A stretch of DNA of 64,000 bases from an uncultured Bacteroidota bacterium (GCA_963700635.1 CAVOYH010000003.1:704001-768000), one strand, 5' to 3'; shown: positions 29,253 to 39,943, counted from the first letter of the stretch. A program made the numbers and translations. Notes: a model not told the origin generated them from the sequence alone.

Positions 29253-30274
29253 ACGGCTACGAACGTATCACCGCTGCACTCCGTGGAGATTGGCCGGACA
29301 GGGTTCCCGTCATGCTGCACAATTTCCAGATGGCTGCGCATGAGAACGGACTTACCATGGAACACTACCGCCGTGATCCGCATGCACTCGCCGGTTCGTT
29401 TATTGCAGCGGTGGAACGGTATGGATATGATGGCGTCCTGGTCGATGTGGACACCGCAACTCTTGCCGGGGCCGCCGGTGCGCCCATCGATTTCCCGGTG
29501 TATGAACCCGCGCGCGTCCGGGGTGGTCGTATGCACACTCTGGGTGAGATCTCAACGCTCCGTGCGGTGGATCTGGGCACAGTGGAACGGGTACAGGTGT
29601 GGCTCGAAGGCTGCCGCCTCCTGAAAGAGCATTTCGGCGACGAGGTGTACCTCCGCGGGAATTGTGATCAATCCCCCTTCACGCTTGCAGCACTTCTTCG
29701 CGGTCTCGACGGCTGGATGACCGATCTGCTCGATCCCGAACGGTACGAAGACATCACCGGTCTCCTCGAGTACTGCACCGGGCTGACCACGCAGTTTCTT
29801 TCTCTGATGGCGCAGACCGGTGTGCATATGGTGTCCAATGGCGACAGCGCAGCCGGACCGGACCTGATTTCCCCCACGCTGTACCGCCGCTTTGCTTTGC
29901 CGTACCAACAACGTGTTGTGGCGGCGGCGCATGAACGAAACCTTCCGTATGTACTGCATATCTGCGGCGATACGGGACGTATCCTCGAGGATATGCTGGT
30001 AACCGGGGCAGACGGACTTGAACTTGACTACAAAACCGATCCGGTACGAGCCCACGAACTCCTGCGGCACCGCACCGCTTTCATCGGCAACATCGATCCC
30101 AGCGGCGTGCTTGCCCGGGGTACGCCCGGAGAAGTTGCCGCATCCGTTGATGCACTCCTTCAGATTTTTTCTGATACGCCTCGCTTCATTCTGAATGCGG
30201 GCTGCGCGCTGCCGCCGGAAACTCCCTCCGAGAATCTCCGCATGCTCATGACCACCGCACGGGAGTTCCGATGA
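29249..30274 (+). CDS. Uroporphyrinogen decarboxylase-like / MtaA-CmuA methyltransferase family protein
   Basis: PDRVPV, SPFT, ISP..Y..F, LHICG (HxC), GNIDP, ILNAGC. Confidence 0.85.
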   Translation: MNGYERITAALRGDWPDRVPVMLHNFQMAAHENGLTMEHYRRDPHALAGSFIAAVERYGYDGVLVDVDTATLAGAAGAPIDFPVYEPARVRGGRMHTLGEISTLRAVDLGTVERVQVWLEGCRLLKEHFGDEVYLRGNCDQSPFTLAALLRGLDGWMTDLLDPERYEDITGLLEYCTGLTTQFLSLMAQTGVHMVSNGDSAAGPDLISPTLYRRFALPYQQRVVAAAHERNLPYVLHICGDTGRILEDMLVTGADGLELDYKTDPVRAHELLRHRTAFIGNIDPSGVLARGTPGEVAASVDALLQIFSDTPRFILNAGCALPPETPSENLRMLMTTAREFR

Positions 30275-31350
30275 CACGACACAACGCCGCGGCTCTGGAG
30301 CAGCTCGGATGGCAGCCGTTTTTTGAAGACCACTTCACCGGGTATGCAGAGGAAGGACTGGCACCGGCACGTGTGATCATCCGGCAGAAGAACCGTTATA
30401 CCCTCTCCGACGGTAAACAGGAATGGTCAGCCGAGATCGCAGGCCGGATTCATTTTACTGCCCGGACCTCCGGTGATTACCCGGCCGTGGGCGATTGGGT
30501 GGTTATCCGTCCGCGTCAGGAAAAAGACGGAGCAACCATTCTCGCCATCCTTCCCCGCAAATCTTCGTTTGTCCGGAAGATCCGGGGGATTCGGGAAGAG
30601 GAACAGGTGATTGCGGCAAATATTGACACCGTATTCCTCGTCAACGGATTTGACGCGGGTGTAAACATCCGCCGAATCGAACGCTACCTCGTGATTGTTG
30701 CAGAGAGCGGTGCCCGACCGGTGGTTGTGTTAAACAAGGCTGATCTCGACCCGGACGCGGAGGAAGTTGTGCGGGATGTTCGTAGTGCCATGCCATCCAT
30801 CCCCATTGTCGTAACCAGTGCCATAACAGGATCAGGTCTGGAATCCCTCCTTGACTACGTCGACGCCGGGCAAACCGCCGCATTACTCGGGCCGTCAGGC
30901 GTCGGGAAATCCACCATCGTCAACTCCCTGCTGGGCGAGGAGCGGTTTGCAACAGACGAGGTCCGCAGTGCTGACCGGAAAGGACGGCATACAACGAGCC
31001 ACCGTGAACTTGTCCGGCTCCCGGGAGGGGTCCTGGTTATTGACACCCCGGGAATGAGGGAACTGCAGTTGTGGGAGGGAGAGGAAGGAATCCAGGATAC
31101 GTTCGACGATATCGAGAAACTCTCCTCCGAGTGCAAGTTTCGCGACTGTAAACACACAGGTGAGCCGGGATGTGCAGTACAGGCGGCAGTCATTGAGGGA
31201 ACACTGGAACCGGACCGGCTTGCCAGCTTTGCAAAACTACAGCGGGAGGTTGCGTATCAGAAGCGCCGCACCGACAAGGCTGAACAGTTGCGGGAAAAGC
31301 AGCGTTGGAAGAAGTTAACGGCCCGGCACAAGCGCCGGTATAAGAATTAA
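30271..31350 (+). CDS. rsgA: Small ribosomal subunit biogenesis GTPase
   Basis: PAVGDWV, NKAD, GPSGVGKST, GRHTT, DTPG, CKFRDCKH..EPGC. Confidence 0.95.
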   Translation: MTRHNAAALEQLGWQPFFEDHFTGYAEEGLAPARVIIRQKNRYTLSDGKQEWSAEIAGRIHFTARTSGDYPAVGDWVVIRPRQEKDGATILAILPRKSSFVRKIRGIREEEQVIAANIDTVFLVNGFDAGVNIRRIERYLVIVAESGARPVVVLNKADLDPDAEEVVRDVRSAMPSIPIVVTSAITGSGLESLLDYVDAGQTAALLGPSGVGKSTIVNSLLGEERFATDEVRSADRKGRHTTSHRELVRLPGGVLVIDTPGMRELQLWEGEEGIQDTFDDIEKLSSECKFRDCKHTGEPGCAVQAAVIEGTLEPDRLASFAKLQREVAYQKRRTDKAEQLREKQRWKKLTARHKRRYKN

Positions 31351-31605
31351 CTCTCGCCTTGTTCGGGACCCGGAACGGCCGCGAACGATTGAGAACGGGG
31401 CAACCGCCTCAGTTGCCGGGCCGCGGAGGACGCGGGCGGGCAGAAGAAGAAGCCCCTTTAGAAAGGAAAACAGCGCATCCGCCGTAATCCCGATCAATCT
31501 GAATGGGAGAAGAAGAAGCCACACAATCGGATAGAGCACCAGCGCCAGCAGGGCCAGCGGCCAGCAGACGACCAGAAGGATGAGCCAGAGAAGAAATTTG
31601 GTCAT
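31315..31605 (-). CDS. Small hydrophobic membrane protein
   Basis: GGAG RBS then MTKFLLWLILLVVCWPLALLALVLYPIVWLLLLPFR; very Leu/Pro-rich. Confidence 0.6.
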   Translation of the reverse strand: MTKFLLWLILLVVCWPLALLALVLYPIVWLLLLPFRLIGITADALFSFLKGLLLLPARVLRGPATEAVAPFSIVRGRSGSRTRRELILIPALVPGR

Positions 31606-31694
31606 AACACGTCTCCATATCGGTGCACGCATATTCACTGGGCCAGTTTTACCCGTGTGGTGAACCGGTGCCGCAGACGACAAGCGTCGTCAAC

Positions 31695-33884
31695 TTACAG
31701 ATAGTACAGATACTTCACTTTGGCAACCCCCACGCGAGCCGCGGTGCGCATCCGGCGCGCTGGGGTATCGGACAGTCCCGCCTCCACAACATTCCGGCGC
31801 TCCTGCACCTCATTAAACGCGAGGTAGATCCAGCTCTTCGGGAGGAAGTTATACGAAAACAAGACCCCCACGATCATTTGTTCCATCTGATCCGATGATC
31901 GCAGAAAGAGATTGTCCATGTACACCCGGAGGTTGAGGTTGTTTACCGGTGTGAAGGAAATGAACGGTCTTGCATTGTAGGTAATGTCCTCGACTCCTCC
32001 GTCCGGTTTTCCTTCGATGTACATGCTATACGAGGTTCCGATTTCCAGAGTGTTCAGCGCCTTCCATTCACACTCGCTCCCGAGCCAGACATAGAACGCC
32101 AGATAATCACGCACAAAGTTATACGTCCGTGTATACCCGCCATAGATGTTGCCGTTCCATCGCGGTGAAATATTGAACCATGTGCTGAGACTGAACTCGT
32201 ACGCTGTATATTTCTTGCCGGCATCTTTGTTTTCGCCTGCGGTGATTGTCGTTTCCAGTCCCCAGTCACTCCGGAACTGAATATTCAGACCCAGCACCCC
32301 TCCCCAGTCGGTGTGCAGATCAGCGTCTTCGTACGTTACAAAAAAACCGCTGTATTGGAACATTGACCGTATGGCGCCGGCGTCAAAGTACCACATTGGC
32401 CCCCCGATAGCGGTCAGATTTGCCGTCCCGCGCCATGGTACAAAGCCCACCTCATCCACATCAAACTGATTTCCGATGATGCGCGAACGCACAAGCAGCC
32501 CGAAGTCATTGGTGAACATCCTGAACCCGGCGGATCCTCCAAAATCTCCCTTACCGTTGTTGATCGACCGCGCGAATTGATATGCGAGCTGATACGAAGG
32601 ACTCCGGAATGCGCCGTCGATGTCGATCACGCCATCCAGCCGGCCCGGTGTGTGTTTTCCCACGAAGAGTATGCCGATGGAGGAGTTCTCCAGAATTTGT
32701 TTTTTCACGCGGGCTGATGTGAACAGGGCTGATGGTTCATGACGTGATTCACCGTCAACAGCATAGTCGATGCCACCCGTACGCGCAATAAACCCTCCAT
32801 ACTCCCAGGAATCGAGGCGACCAAAGGTTTTTGCTCCGAGATTGAGGGGAACAAAAGCCCCACCACCCAATGAGCGGCCGATTCGCCGTGAATAGAAGAG
32901 TTCAAGCGGGCGGTAGAACCCCGAGGACCGCTCCCGACCGGAGGCCATAAAGATTTCATTGCCCGCCGTGAAAAATGGACGCTGTTCTGAAAAGTACGTC
33001 TCATAGCGTGAGATGTTGAATTCAAACGGATCCGCTTCGATCTGTGCAAAATCCGGATTCCCGGTTAATTGAAACGTCAGCTTCTCGGAGGGGTTATAAA
33101 AGACGTCGATTCCGGCATCGGGTTTTACTTTGTACGTGTTTCCTCCGATAAGGTCGGCTTTCGCCAGAGCAACAGGATACACTTCAAGATTAAGCCCCTT
33201 GACGACCGGACGTGTGCCGTTGAGAATCAGGCGCCCGAATCGGGAAATCCGTTGTGATTCCGACTGTTCGTATTTGCACCAGTACAAGTCTTCTCTCGTG
33301 GAGGCGATCCAACGGTCGATGTCCAGCCCCCACTCGGTCAGCTCACCGTCATACCTGATGGACTTAAACGGAATTTCCATTTCGACAATGTATCCCCACG
33401 GATGCACACGGGAACGTGCAAACCATACCCCATCCCAGCTGTAGTCACGATTCCGCCCATCATCAATAAGACGTGCGTCTGAGTGTACGCCGGATGCGGA
33501 AACGGCGAATTTGTATGCGGTCCGGTCATCGTTAAAGGTATCGATCATCACTGACACGCCGTCGCCGCTCCACTGATCGTGCACGCCTGCGATATTCTGA
33601 ATGACCGAATGGGTATGATAGCAGACGATCAGCGCGTACAGGGCCCGTTCTGTGGCAAGAAGCCGGGCCACTGTCCGTTCCGAAGGAGGGTTGCCATAGA
33701 ACGGTGTCAGTTGTTCAAAGTCCGCGATGGAATCGGCCTCACTCCATACCGGATCAATTTCACCGTCAATGAGCGGAGCCCGGGACGCTGCGCGAAGCAC
33801 TATGGACTTGTCTGTCTGTGCCTCAAGAGAAAGTGTCAGAACAACGCAGGCGGTGAGGATTCCGAAAACGATGCGTGAACCCAT
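31695..33884 (-). CDS. CBM9-like sugar-binding domain plus DUF5916 outer-membrane protein
   Basis: APLIDGEIDPVW, IDTFND.RTAY.F, EMEIPFKSIRY, NPDFAQIEAD, E.RPFF, LFYSRRIG; C-terminal aromatic strand. Start uncertain. Confidence 0.82.
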   Translation of the reverse strand: MGSRIVFGILTACVVLTLSLEAQTDKSIVLRAASRAPLIDGEIDPVWSEADSIADFEQLTPFYGNPPSERTVARLLATERALYALIVCYHTHSVIQNIAGVHDQWSGDGVSVMIDTFNDDRTAYKFAVSASGVHSDARLIDDGRNRDYSWDGVWFARSRVHPWGYIVEMEIPFKSIRYDGELTEWGLDIDRWIASTREDLYWCKYEQSESQRISRFGRLILNGTRPVVKGLNLEVYPVALAKADLIGGNTYKVKPDAGIDVFYNPSEKLTFQLTGNPDFAQIEADPFEFNISRYETYFSEQRPFFTAGNEIFMASGRERSSGFYRPLELFYSRRIGRSLGGGAFVPLNLGAKTFGRLDSWEYGGFIARTGGIDYAVDGESRHEPSALFTSARVKKQILENSSIGILFVGKHTPGRLDGVIDIDGAFRSPSYQLAYQFARSINNGKGDFGGSAGFRMFTNDFGLLVRSRIIGNQFDVDEVGFVPWRGTANLTAIGGPMWYFDAGAIRSMFQYSGFFVTYEDADLHTDWGGVLGLNIQFRSDWGLETTITAGENKDAGKKYTAYEFSLSTWFNISPRWNGNIYGGYTRTYNFVRDYLAFYVWLGSECEWKALNTLEIGTSYSMYIEGKPDGGVEDITYNARPFISFTPVNNLNLRVYMDNLFLRSSDQMEQMIVGVLFSYNFLPKSWIYLAFNEVQERRNVVEAGLSDTPARRMRTAARVGVAKVKYLYYL

Positions 33885-34120
33885 GGGCAGATCCGGCTGT
33901 GATTTTGCGTGGACGGGGACACCCCTCTCCGGTAAACGAGGTTCAACAGAAAAAGTTACGGAAAAACGTAGCACGCCCGGACGATTCCGACGAATGATGT
34001 TCATCGTTGAGAAAGAAGTTCTCCCCGGCCGTTTCCGGATGCGTTGCATCTGGGCGAGAATCTGTCTACCTTCGACGAAGAATCTATCATCCGCCGCCCA
34101 ACTCACCACCCGGATCAGCT

Positions 34121-35497
34121 ATGCCGTCCGTCGAACTCTTCCTCCAGTCCTTGAGCGACCTTATCTGGGGGTATCCGTTGCTCATCCTGTTGTTCGGAAC
34201 TCATCTCTTCCTCACATTCAGATTACGGTTTATCCAGCGTTATATCGGCCTGGCGATCCGCATCTCATTACGCCGATCCTCGGAGGGTGTGGGTGATGTG
34301 AGCCAGTTCGGCGCCTTAACAACGGCTCTCGCCTCCACCATCGGGACCGGCAACATCGTCGGCGTTGCAATGGCGGTTGCGGCAGGTGGGCCGGGAGCGG
34401 TGCTCTGGATGTGGCTGACCGGGGTTTTTGGTATCTCAACAAAATACGCCGAGGCCCTTCTTGCGGTGAAGTACCGTGTCACAACACCCTCAGGCATGAT
34501 GGCCGGCGGGCCCATGTATGTGCTCGAACGGGGTATGAAACTAAAATGGCTCGGTGTAGTCTTCGCGCTATTGACGGCAGTCGCCGCGTTCGGCATCGGT
34601 AACATGGTTCAGGCAAATTCGATTTCTTCCATGGTCCAGCATACATTCGACCTTTCGCCATGGCTGACCGGAACCGTGATGACGGTCCTGACCGCGGTCG
34701 TTATCATCGGGGGGATCAAATCCATTGCCCGTGTCTGCGAGACACTTGTCCCGTTTATGGCCTTTTTTTATGTGCTCGGTTGTCTGATCCTGCTCGTCAT
34801 GCATATAGAAACGGTGCCGGACACAATTCTGTTGATCTTTCACTCTGCATTTTCCGGGCACGCCGCACTCGGGGGTTTTCTCGGCGCCGGAATGAGAGAA
34901 GCCATGCGGTATGGCATTTCGCGCGGGTTGTTTTCCAACGAATCCGGCCTCGGCAGCGCACCCATCGTCGCAGCCGCAGCGCAGACGAAGAATCCAGTGC
35001 GCCAGGCCCTGGTCTCATCCAGCGGCACCTTCTGGGACACCGTGGTCGTGTGCGCCATGACCGGTATCGTCGTTGTAAATTCGGGAGAGTGGCTCACCGG
35101 GCTAAAAGGTGCCGAACTTACGCACGCCGCTTTTTCCGATTTCCCTGTTGTCGGACCCATCGTGCTGACAGTCGGACTGCTGACCTTCGTGTTCTCCACA
35201 ATTCTCGGTTGGTCCTACTACGGGGAAAAAGCCGCCGAGTATCTTTTCGGCTCTCGTATAGTAAAACCCTATCGCTGGCTCTGGGTCATTGCCGTCATGC
35301 TGGGCTCGGTGCTTTCTTTGCCGGTCGTCTGGACATTCGCTGATATCGCCAACGGACTCATGGCGGTGCCGAACCTTATTGCCCTCCTTGCTCTCAGCGG
35401 AATACTGGTTTCTGAAACGCGCACCTACCTGTGGAGCGGAAACATCGATGCCGACATGGCCGAGAGCGATACCGGAACAAAAAGGAGCGGTCAATGA
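34121..35497 (+). CDS. Alanine/glycine:cation symporter (AGCS family)
   Basis: IGTGNIVGVA, GGPGAVLWMW, GGPMY, RGLFSNESGLGSAP, MAVPNLIAL. Confidence 0.95.
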   Translation: MPSVELFLQSLSDLIWGYPLLILLFGTHLFLTFRLRFIQRYIGLAIRISLRRSSEGVGDVSQFGALTTALASTIGTGNIVGVAMAVAAGGPGAVLWMWLTGVFGISTKYAEALLAVKYRVTTPSGMMAGGPMYVLERGMKLKWLGVVFALLTAVAAFGIGNMVQANSISSMVQHTFDLSPWLTGTVMTVLTAVVIIGGIKSIARVCETLVPFMAFFYVLGCLILLVMHIETVPDTILLIFHSAFSGHAALGGFLGAGMREAMRYGISRGLFSNESGLGSAPIVAAAAQTKNPVRQALVSSSGTFWDTVVVCAMTGIVVVNSGEWLTGLKGAELTHAAFSDFPVVGPIVLTVGLLTFVFSTILGWSYYGEKAAEYLFGSRIVKPYRWLWVIAVMLGSVLSLPVVWTFADIANGLMAVPNLIALLALSGILVSETRTYLWSGNIDADMAESDTGTKRSGQ

Positions 35498-36249
35498 TGA
35501 ACGGCAGTGTTGTGCTGATCACGGGTGCTTCACGCGGAATCGGTAAAGCGGCCGCTCTGATGTTTGCGCAGGCCGGAGCACGGGTGGCGGTACACTATCA
35601 CCGCAATACCAAAAGCGCAGAAGAGACTCTTGCCTCCCTCCCGGGAAACGGACATGTGCTGTTTCAGGCGGACCTCGGGAAGACTTCCGACGCCAGACGG
35701 CTCGTCGAGAATGTGCTCTCTCAAATGCATCGGATTGACATTCTGGTGAACAACGCCGGATTATGGATCGATCACCCGCCAGCAAGTACGTCTTTTGATG
35801 ATTGGGTCGCCGCATGGAACACCACAATCGCCACAAACCTCCTGGGGGCGGCCCACGTCGCACATGGAGCGTCCGGAGCGATGATCCGTCAGGGTGGCGG
35901 ACGGATTATCAACATTACTTCCCGGGGTGCGTTCCGGGGCGAACCGGACGGTCCCGCCTATGCCGCAAGCAAGGCAGGGCTGAACGCCATGAGTCAATCA
36001 CTGGCAAAAGCACTGGCCCCGCACAACATCTATGTGTTCGCCATTGCACCCGGCTGGGTTGACACGGACATGGCCGCCGCACAGCTTAGCGGACCCGGGG
36101 GGGATGAGGTCCGTGCACAGAGTCCGATGGGCCGAGTTGCCAGGCCGGATGAAATCGCGAGGACGATACTGTATCTTGCTTCAGAAGGCACAGATGCCCT
36201 GACAGGATGCATCATCGATGTCAACTGCGCTTCGTATCTTCGCACCTGA
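35494..36249 (+). CDS. SDR-family oxidoreductase
   Basis: TGASRGIG, NNAG, YAASK, APGWVDTDM. Confidence 0.92.
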   Translation: MMNGSVVLITGASRGIGKAAALMFAQAGARVAVHYHRNTKSAEETLASLPGNGHVLFQADLGKTSDARRLVENVLSQMHRIDILVNNAGLWIDHPPASTSFDDWVAAWNTTIATNLLGAAHVAHGASGAMIRQGGGRIINITSRGAFRGEPDGPAYAASKAGLNAMSQSLAKALAPHNIYVFAIAPGWVDTDMAAAQLSGPGGDEVRAQSPMGRVARPDEIARTILYLASEGTDALTGCIIDVNCASYLRT

Positions 36250-36278
36250 CAGGGTGGGTATGGAAGGAGGAGTGTACG

Positions 36279-37361
36279 ATGTCTGCCGGTGAGAGTGTCT
36301 CGTTACGTGGAACGTTGACGCGCCTGTCACGTCCGGGTGAACTCTACGTTGACGCCGGCAAGAAGTGGGTCATCTGTGTGGCATGCGGACACCGGTGCCG
36401 AATTGCACCCGATCGCGAAGGGATCTGCAAGGTCCGGTATAATGACAATGGCACGCTGATGGTGCCGTACGGATATGTTGCGGGCCTTCAGATTGACCCC
36501 ATCGAAAAAAAACCCTTTTTTCATGCCATGCCAGGCGCCAGCGCGCTCAGTTTTGGCATGCTCGGATGTGATTATCATTGCGGATACTGTCAGAATTGGT
36601 ATACCTCGCAGGCACTCCGTGACCCGGCAGCAGGGACCATGCCGGAGGAGATGTCTCCTGAACATATCGTTGCTCTCGCCGTCCAGCACCGGGTCCCGAT
36701 CATCACCAGCACCTACAATGAACCCCTGATTACCTCCGAATGGGCAGTTGCCGTGTTCCGACTGGCGAAACAGCACGGCATCCTGTGCTCCTACGTCTCA
36801 AACGGAAATGGCACACCCGAGGTTCTTGCATACCTGAAACCACACATCGACCTTTTTAAGGTAGATCTCAAAAGCTTTCGCCAGAAGAACTACCAGCAGC
36901 TGGGCGGCAGGCTGGAAGACGTCCTGAACACGATCACACAACTCAAAGAACTGGGTGTCTGGCTCGAGGTAGTCACACTCGTGGTGCCGGGGTTTAACGA
37001 TTCGCCGGAGGAAATGAGAGAGATTGCCGGATTTCTGGTTTCGGTTTCCCCGGACATACCCTGGCATGTCACAGCCTTTCATGAAGACTATAAAATGCTG
37101 GAACCTCCCCGGACAACGGCTGCCGGATTGTTACAGGCCACAGAGATCGGATATGACTGCGGACTCCACTTCGTGTATGCCGGAAACCTGCCGGGCAGAA
37201 CCCGGAGTCTCGAGGATACACGATGCCCCGGCTGCGGAACGACGCTCATTGAACGAACGGGATTTACCGTGAAGTCCAACTGCTTGCAGAATGGGCGTTG
37301 CCCGAAATGTGAACGATCCATCCCGGGGGTGTGGCAGGATGGACAATCCCACGGCAGATGA
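36279..37361 (+). CDS. amrS: AmmeMemoRadiSam system radical SAM enzyme
   Basis: C..C.H.C, DPIEKKPFFH, GCDYHCGYCQN, TYNEP, C-terminal CPGCG...CPKC. Confidence 0.88.
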   Translation: MSAGESVSLRGTLTRLSRPGELYVDAGKKWVICVACGHRCRIAPDREGICKVRYNDNGTLMVPYGYVAGLQIDPIEKKPFFHAMPGASALSFGMLGCDYHCGYCQNWYTSQALRDPAAGTMPEEMSPEHIVALAVQHRVPIITSTYNEPLITSEWAVAVFRLAKQHGILCSYVSNGNGTPEVLAYLKPHIDLFKVDLKSFRQKNYQQLGGRLEDVLNTITQLKELGVWLEVVTLVVPGFNDSPEEMREIAGFLVSVSPDIPWHVTAFHEDYKMLEPPRTTAAGLLQATEIGYDCGLHFVYAGNLPGRTRSLEDTRCPGCGTTLIERTGFTVKSNCLQNGRCPKCERSIPGVWQDGQSHGR

Positions 37362-38614
37362 TGATGTCCCGCGGATATTCTCACCTGTTTCACTTTCTCC
37401 CCATCGTGCTTGCCGTTCTGGCACTACTGTGTTCCCTCTGTTTTTCGTTCCTCATCCTGCCGTATCTATCCGGCCCTCTTGCCGTTACCATCGATCCGGA
37501 CAAACTGGGCGAGCTGGGTCGTAATCTGTCCGAGGGAAGGGGGTATTCGTACGGGGCGGGGAGCTCTGTTGTCCCTGCCTTTGACCGGGCTCCTGTCTAT
37601 CCGCTTCTTGTCATGATCCTCACCTGGATCACCGGCGGGAATCCGCTTTCTCTTCTGCAGATTTTTCAGGGAGTATTTCACGGACTGACAGGTCTTCTGC
37701 TCTTCAAGATCGGCATGGAGGTGTGGAATCGACGGACAGCCCTTCTGGCGCAGGCCATCCATGGTGTTCATCCGATCATGATCTGGTACACTGCGCGTAT
37801 ATGGATTGAAACCACAAACACGTTGCTTATCACCGCGCTCGTCTTCACGCTGCTGTTACTCTGGAAGCGAGAAACAAAGACAACGCTGATCGTTGCCATT
37901 GCCCTCTTTGCTCTGACCGTACTGACGAAATCAGTTATTCTGTTCTTACCCGTTGTGATCTTCATCTTTGCGCTTCTGCGGAAACAGTGGACGTATGCAC
38001 GTTCTCTTGTACTGGTCTTCCTGATCGGACTCCTTCTCATCGCTCCCTGGACGATGCGCAACTATCTGCTGAGCGGACGGTGGGTTCTGGTACACACATC
38101 ACTGGGATTAAATCTGGTTCAGGGAGAGGCGATCGGCGAGCATTGGCCGCAAACGCCGTTCTCGACGCTTGCCTTCTGGGAAAAAGGGCGGGAGCATACA
38201 GAGCGGTTGCTCGCCCCCACCGGACTGCGCCCGGAATCACCCGGGGGTGACATCTTCCTGACCGCTGCCGTCCTTCAGCGCTGGAGAACAGACCCGGGGA
38301 CGCTGGTCCGGCATATTGCCACAAACGCCATCACATTCTGGTATCTCTCGGAATCGCCTTTGAAGTCCGGCGTGGTCATCGTGATGCAATGTCCGCTCCT
38401 TATACTCGCTCTATGGGGAATGCGTATGACGCGGAGCCGGGGATTTTCCACACACGTCCTTCTGGTGACTCTGATCGCCTACTGGATCGTCCATGCAATG
38501 ATCGTCGGCTGGCTCCGGTACAGTGTGCCGGCATTGCCGCTGATGATTCTTTTCGCTGCAGCAGCGGTGGAAAGGTTCGTCGCCCTCCTATGGTTCCCGC
38601 CGCCTTCTGACTAG
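37358..38614 (+). CDS. ArnT/PMT-like (GT-C fold) membrane glycosyltransferase
   Basis: R.PVYP; polytopic; IAPWTMRNY; RYSVP. Confidence 0.75.
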   Translation: MMMSRGYSHLFHFLPIVLAVLALLCSLCFSFLILPYLSGPLAVTIDPDKLGELGRNLSEGRGYSYGAGSSVVPAFDRAPVYPLLVMILTWITGGNPLSLLQIFQGVFHGLTGLLLFKIGMEVWNRRTALLAQAIHGVHPIMIWYTARIWIETTNTLLITALVFTLLLLWKRETKTTLIVAIALFALTVLTKSVILFLPVVIFIFALLRKQWTYARSLVLVFLIGLLLIAPWTMRNYLLSGRWVLVHTSLGLNLVQGEAIGEHWPQTPFSTLAFWEKGREHTERLLAPTGLRPESPGGDIFLTAAVLQRWRTDPGTLVRHIATNAITFWYLSESPLKSGVVIVMQCPLLILALWGMRMTRSRGFSTHVLLVTLIAYWIVHAMIVGWLRYSVPALPLMILFAAAAVERFVALLWFPPPSD

Positions 38615-38691
38615 CTCCTCAGCACACTCCAGACTGTCAGAGACTCCGGGGTTGGGCGCAGGGTGGCAGGATCTCCTGCGGTTGGGGAGGG

Positions 38692-39882
38692 TTATGCCGG
38701 GGTTATCCGATTTCTGCCGCCGTACAGGAGTAATCCGGCTGCCGCCACTGCCGCAAATACCGCACCTGCAGAAAATGTGGCTGAAGCCCCGAATGCGCTC
38801 CAGAGAGCGCCTGCGATCACGCTCGCCAGCAACAAGCCGACTCCGCTTACAAGGTTAAAAATGCCGAAGGCCGTACCACGGAGCCTTACCGGAGTGTTAT
38901 CAGCGACAAGTTTCGAAAACAATCCCTGCGTCAACCCCAGATGGACGCCCCAGAAGGCCGCACCCAGGAGCACCATCAATGGTGATGTTGCCTGTGCCAG
39001 CACCCAATCGGCGGCGATCAGAACTGTGAGTCCGCCAATGAGCAGCGTCCGTGGCTTGATCCGATCGCTGAGTGCTCCCGCAGGATATGCGGTCGCCGCA
39101 TAGAGCACATTCATCACAATAAACACAACGGGAACGTACCCCATGGACAATCCAACATCGTGCGCGCGGAGGATCATGAATGCCTCGCTGAAACGGGCCA
39201 GCGTAAAGATCCCTCCGAGTGCCACGATCATCCAGTACCGGACAGGAAACTGTTTGATGTCGGTCAGAGACAACGGGAATCGTTTTACCGATTGGGGGCC
39301 GGCATCAACGGGCTCGTGAACCCCGACAACAAGCAGGGCAACGGCGATACACGCAGGAATGACTCCGAGCCAGAGGACCATCCGGATATCGTTTACGAAC
39401 CACATCATAAAAGCAACGGCAAGCAGGGGACCAAAGACCGCGCCGATGGAGTCCAGTGATTGCCGGAGCCCGTAAGCGGCGCCGCGCAGTTCCGGTGGCG
39501 TGATATCCGCAACAAGCGCGTCACGGGGTGCACCGCGGATCCCTTTTCCAATGCGGTCCACAAACCGCGCCACGAATACCCAGGTGATGGTTGTTGCCAG
39601 AGGGAAGATCGGTTTCGTCGCTGCCGCAAGTCCGTAGCCGAGCACAGCAAGCACTTTCCGCTTTCGCATGTAGTCGCTCAGCGTGCCCGAAAAGACTTTC
39701 GTGATTGCCGCAGAAGCTTCAGCAACACCCTCCACGATCCCGATCGTGGTCATCGACACTCCGAGCACTGTGCCCATAAAGACGGGCAACAGGCTATGGA
39801 TGAGCTCGGACGAGGTGTCCATGAACATGGAAACAAGGCCGAGGGCCCAAATGGAGCCGGGCAGAGTGCGAACGTTCTTCAT
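38692..39882 (-). CDS. MFS transporter
   Basis: VSMFMDTSSE, DRIGKGIRGAPRDAL; about 12 TM helices. Confidence 0.9.
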   Translation of the reverse strand: MKNVRTLPGSIWALGLVSMFMDTSSELIHSLLPVFMGTVLGVSMTTIGIVEGVAEASAAITKVFSGTLSDYMRKRKVLAVLGYGLAAATKPIFPLATTITWVFVARFVDRIGKGIRGAPRDALVADITPPELRGAAYGLRQSLDSIGAVFGPLLAVAFMMWFVNDIRMVLWLGVIPACIAVALLVVGVHEPVDAGPQSVKRFPLSLTDIKQFPVRYWMIVALGGIFTLARFSEAFMILRAHDVGLSMGYVPVVFIVMNVLYAATAYPAGALSDRIKPRTLLIGGLTVLIAADWVLAQATSPLMVLLGAAFWGVHLGLTQGLFSKLVADNTPVRLRGTAFGIFNLVSGVGLLLASVIAGALWSAFGASATFSAGAVFAAVAAAGLLLYGGRNRITPA

Positions 39883-39943
39883 GTTCCGGTCTCGGTTCTC
39901 ACGATACATTTTTGTATCTTCTCACATCACACTCTGACGACCC

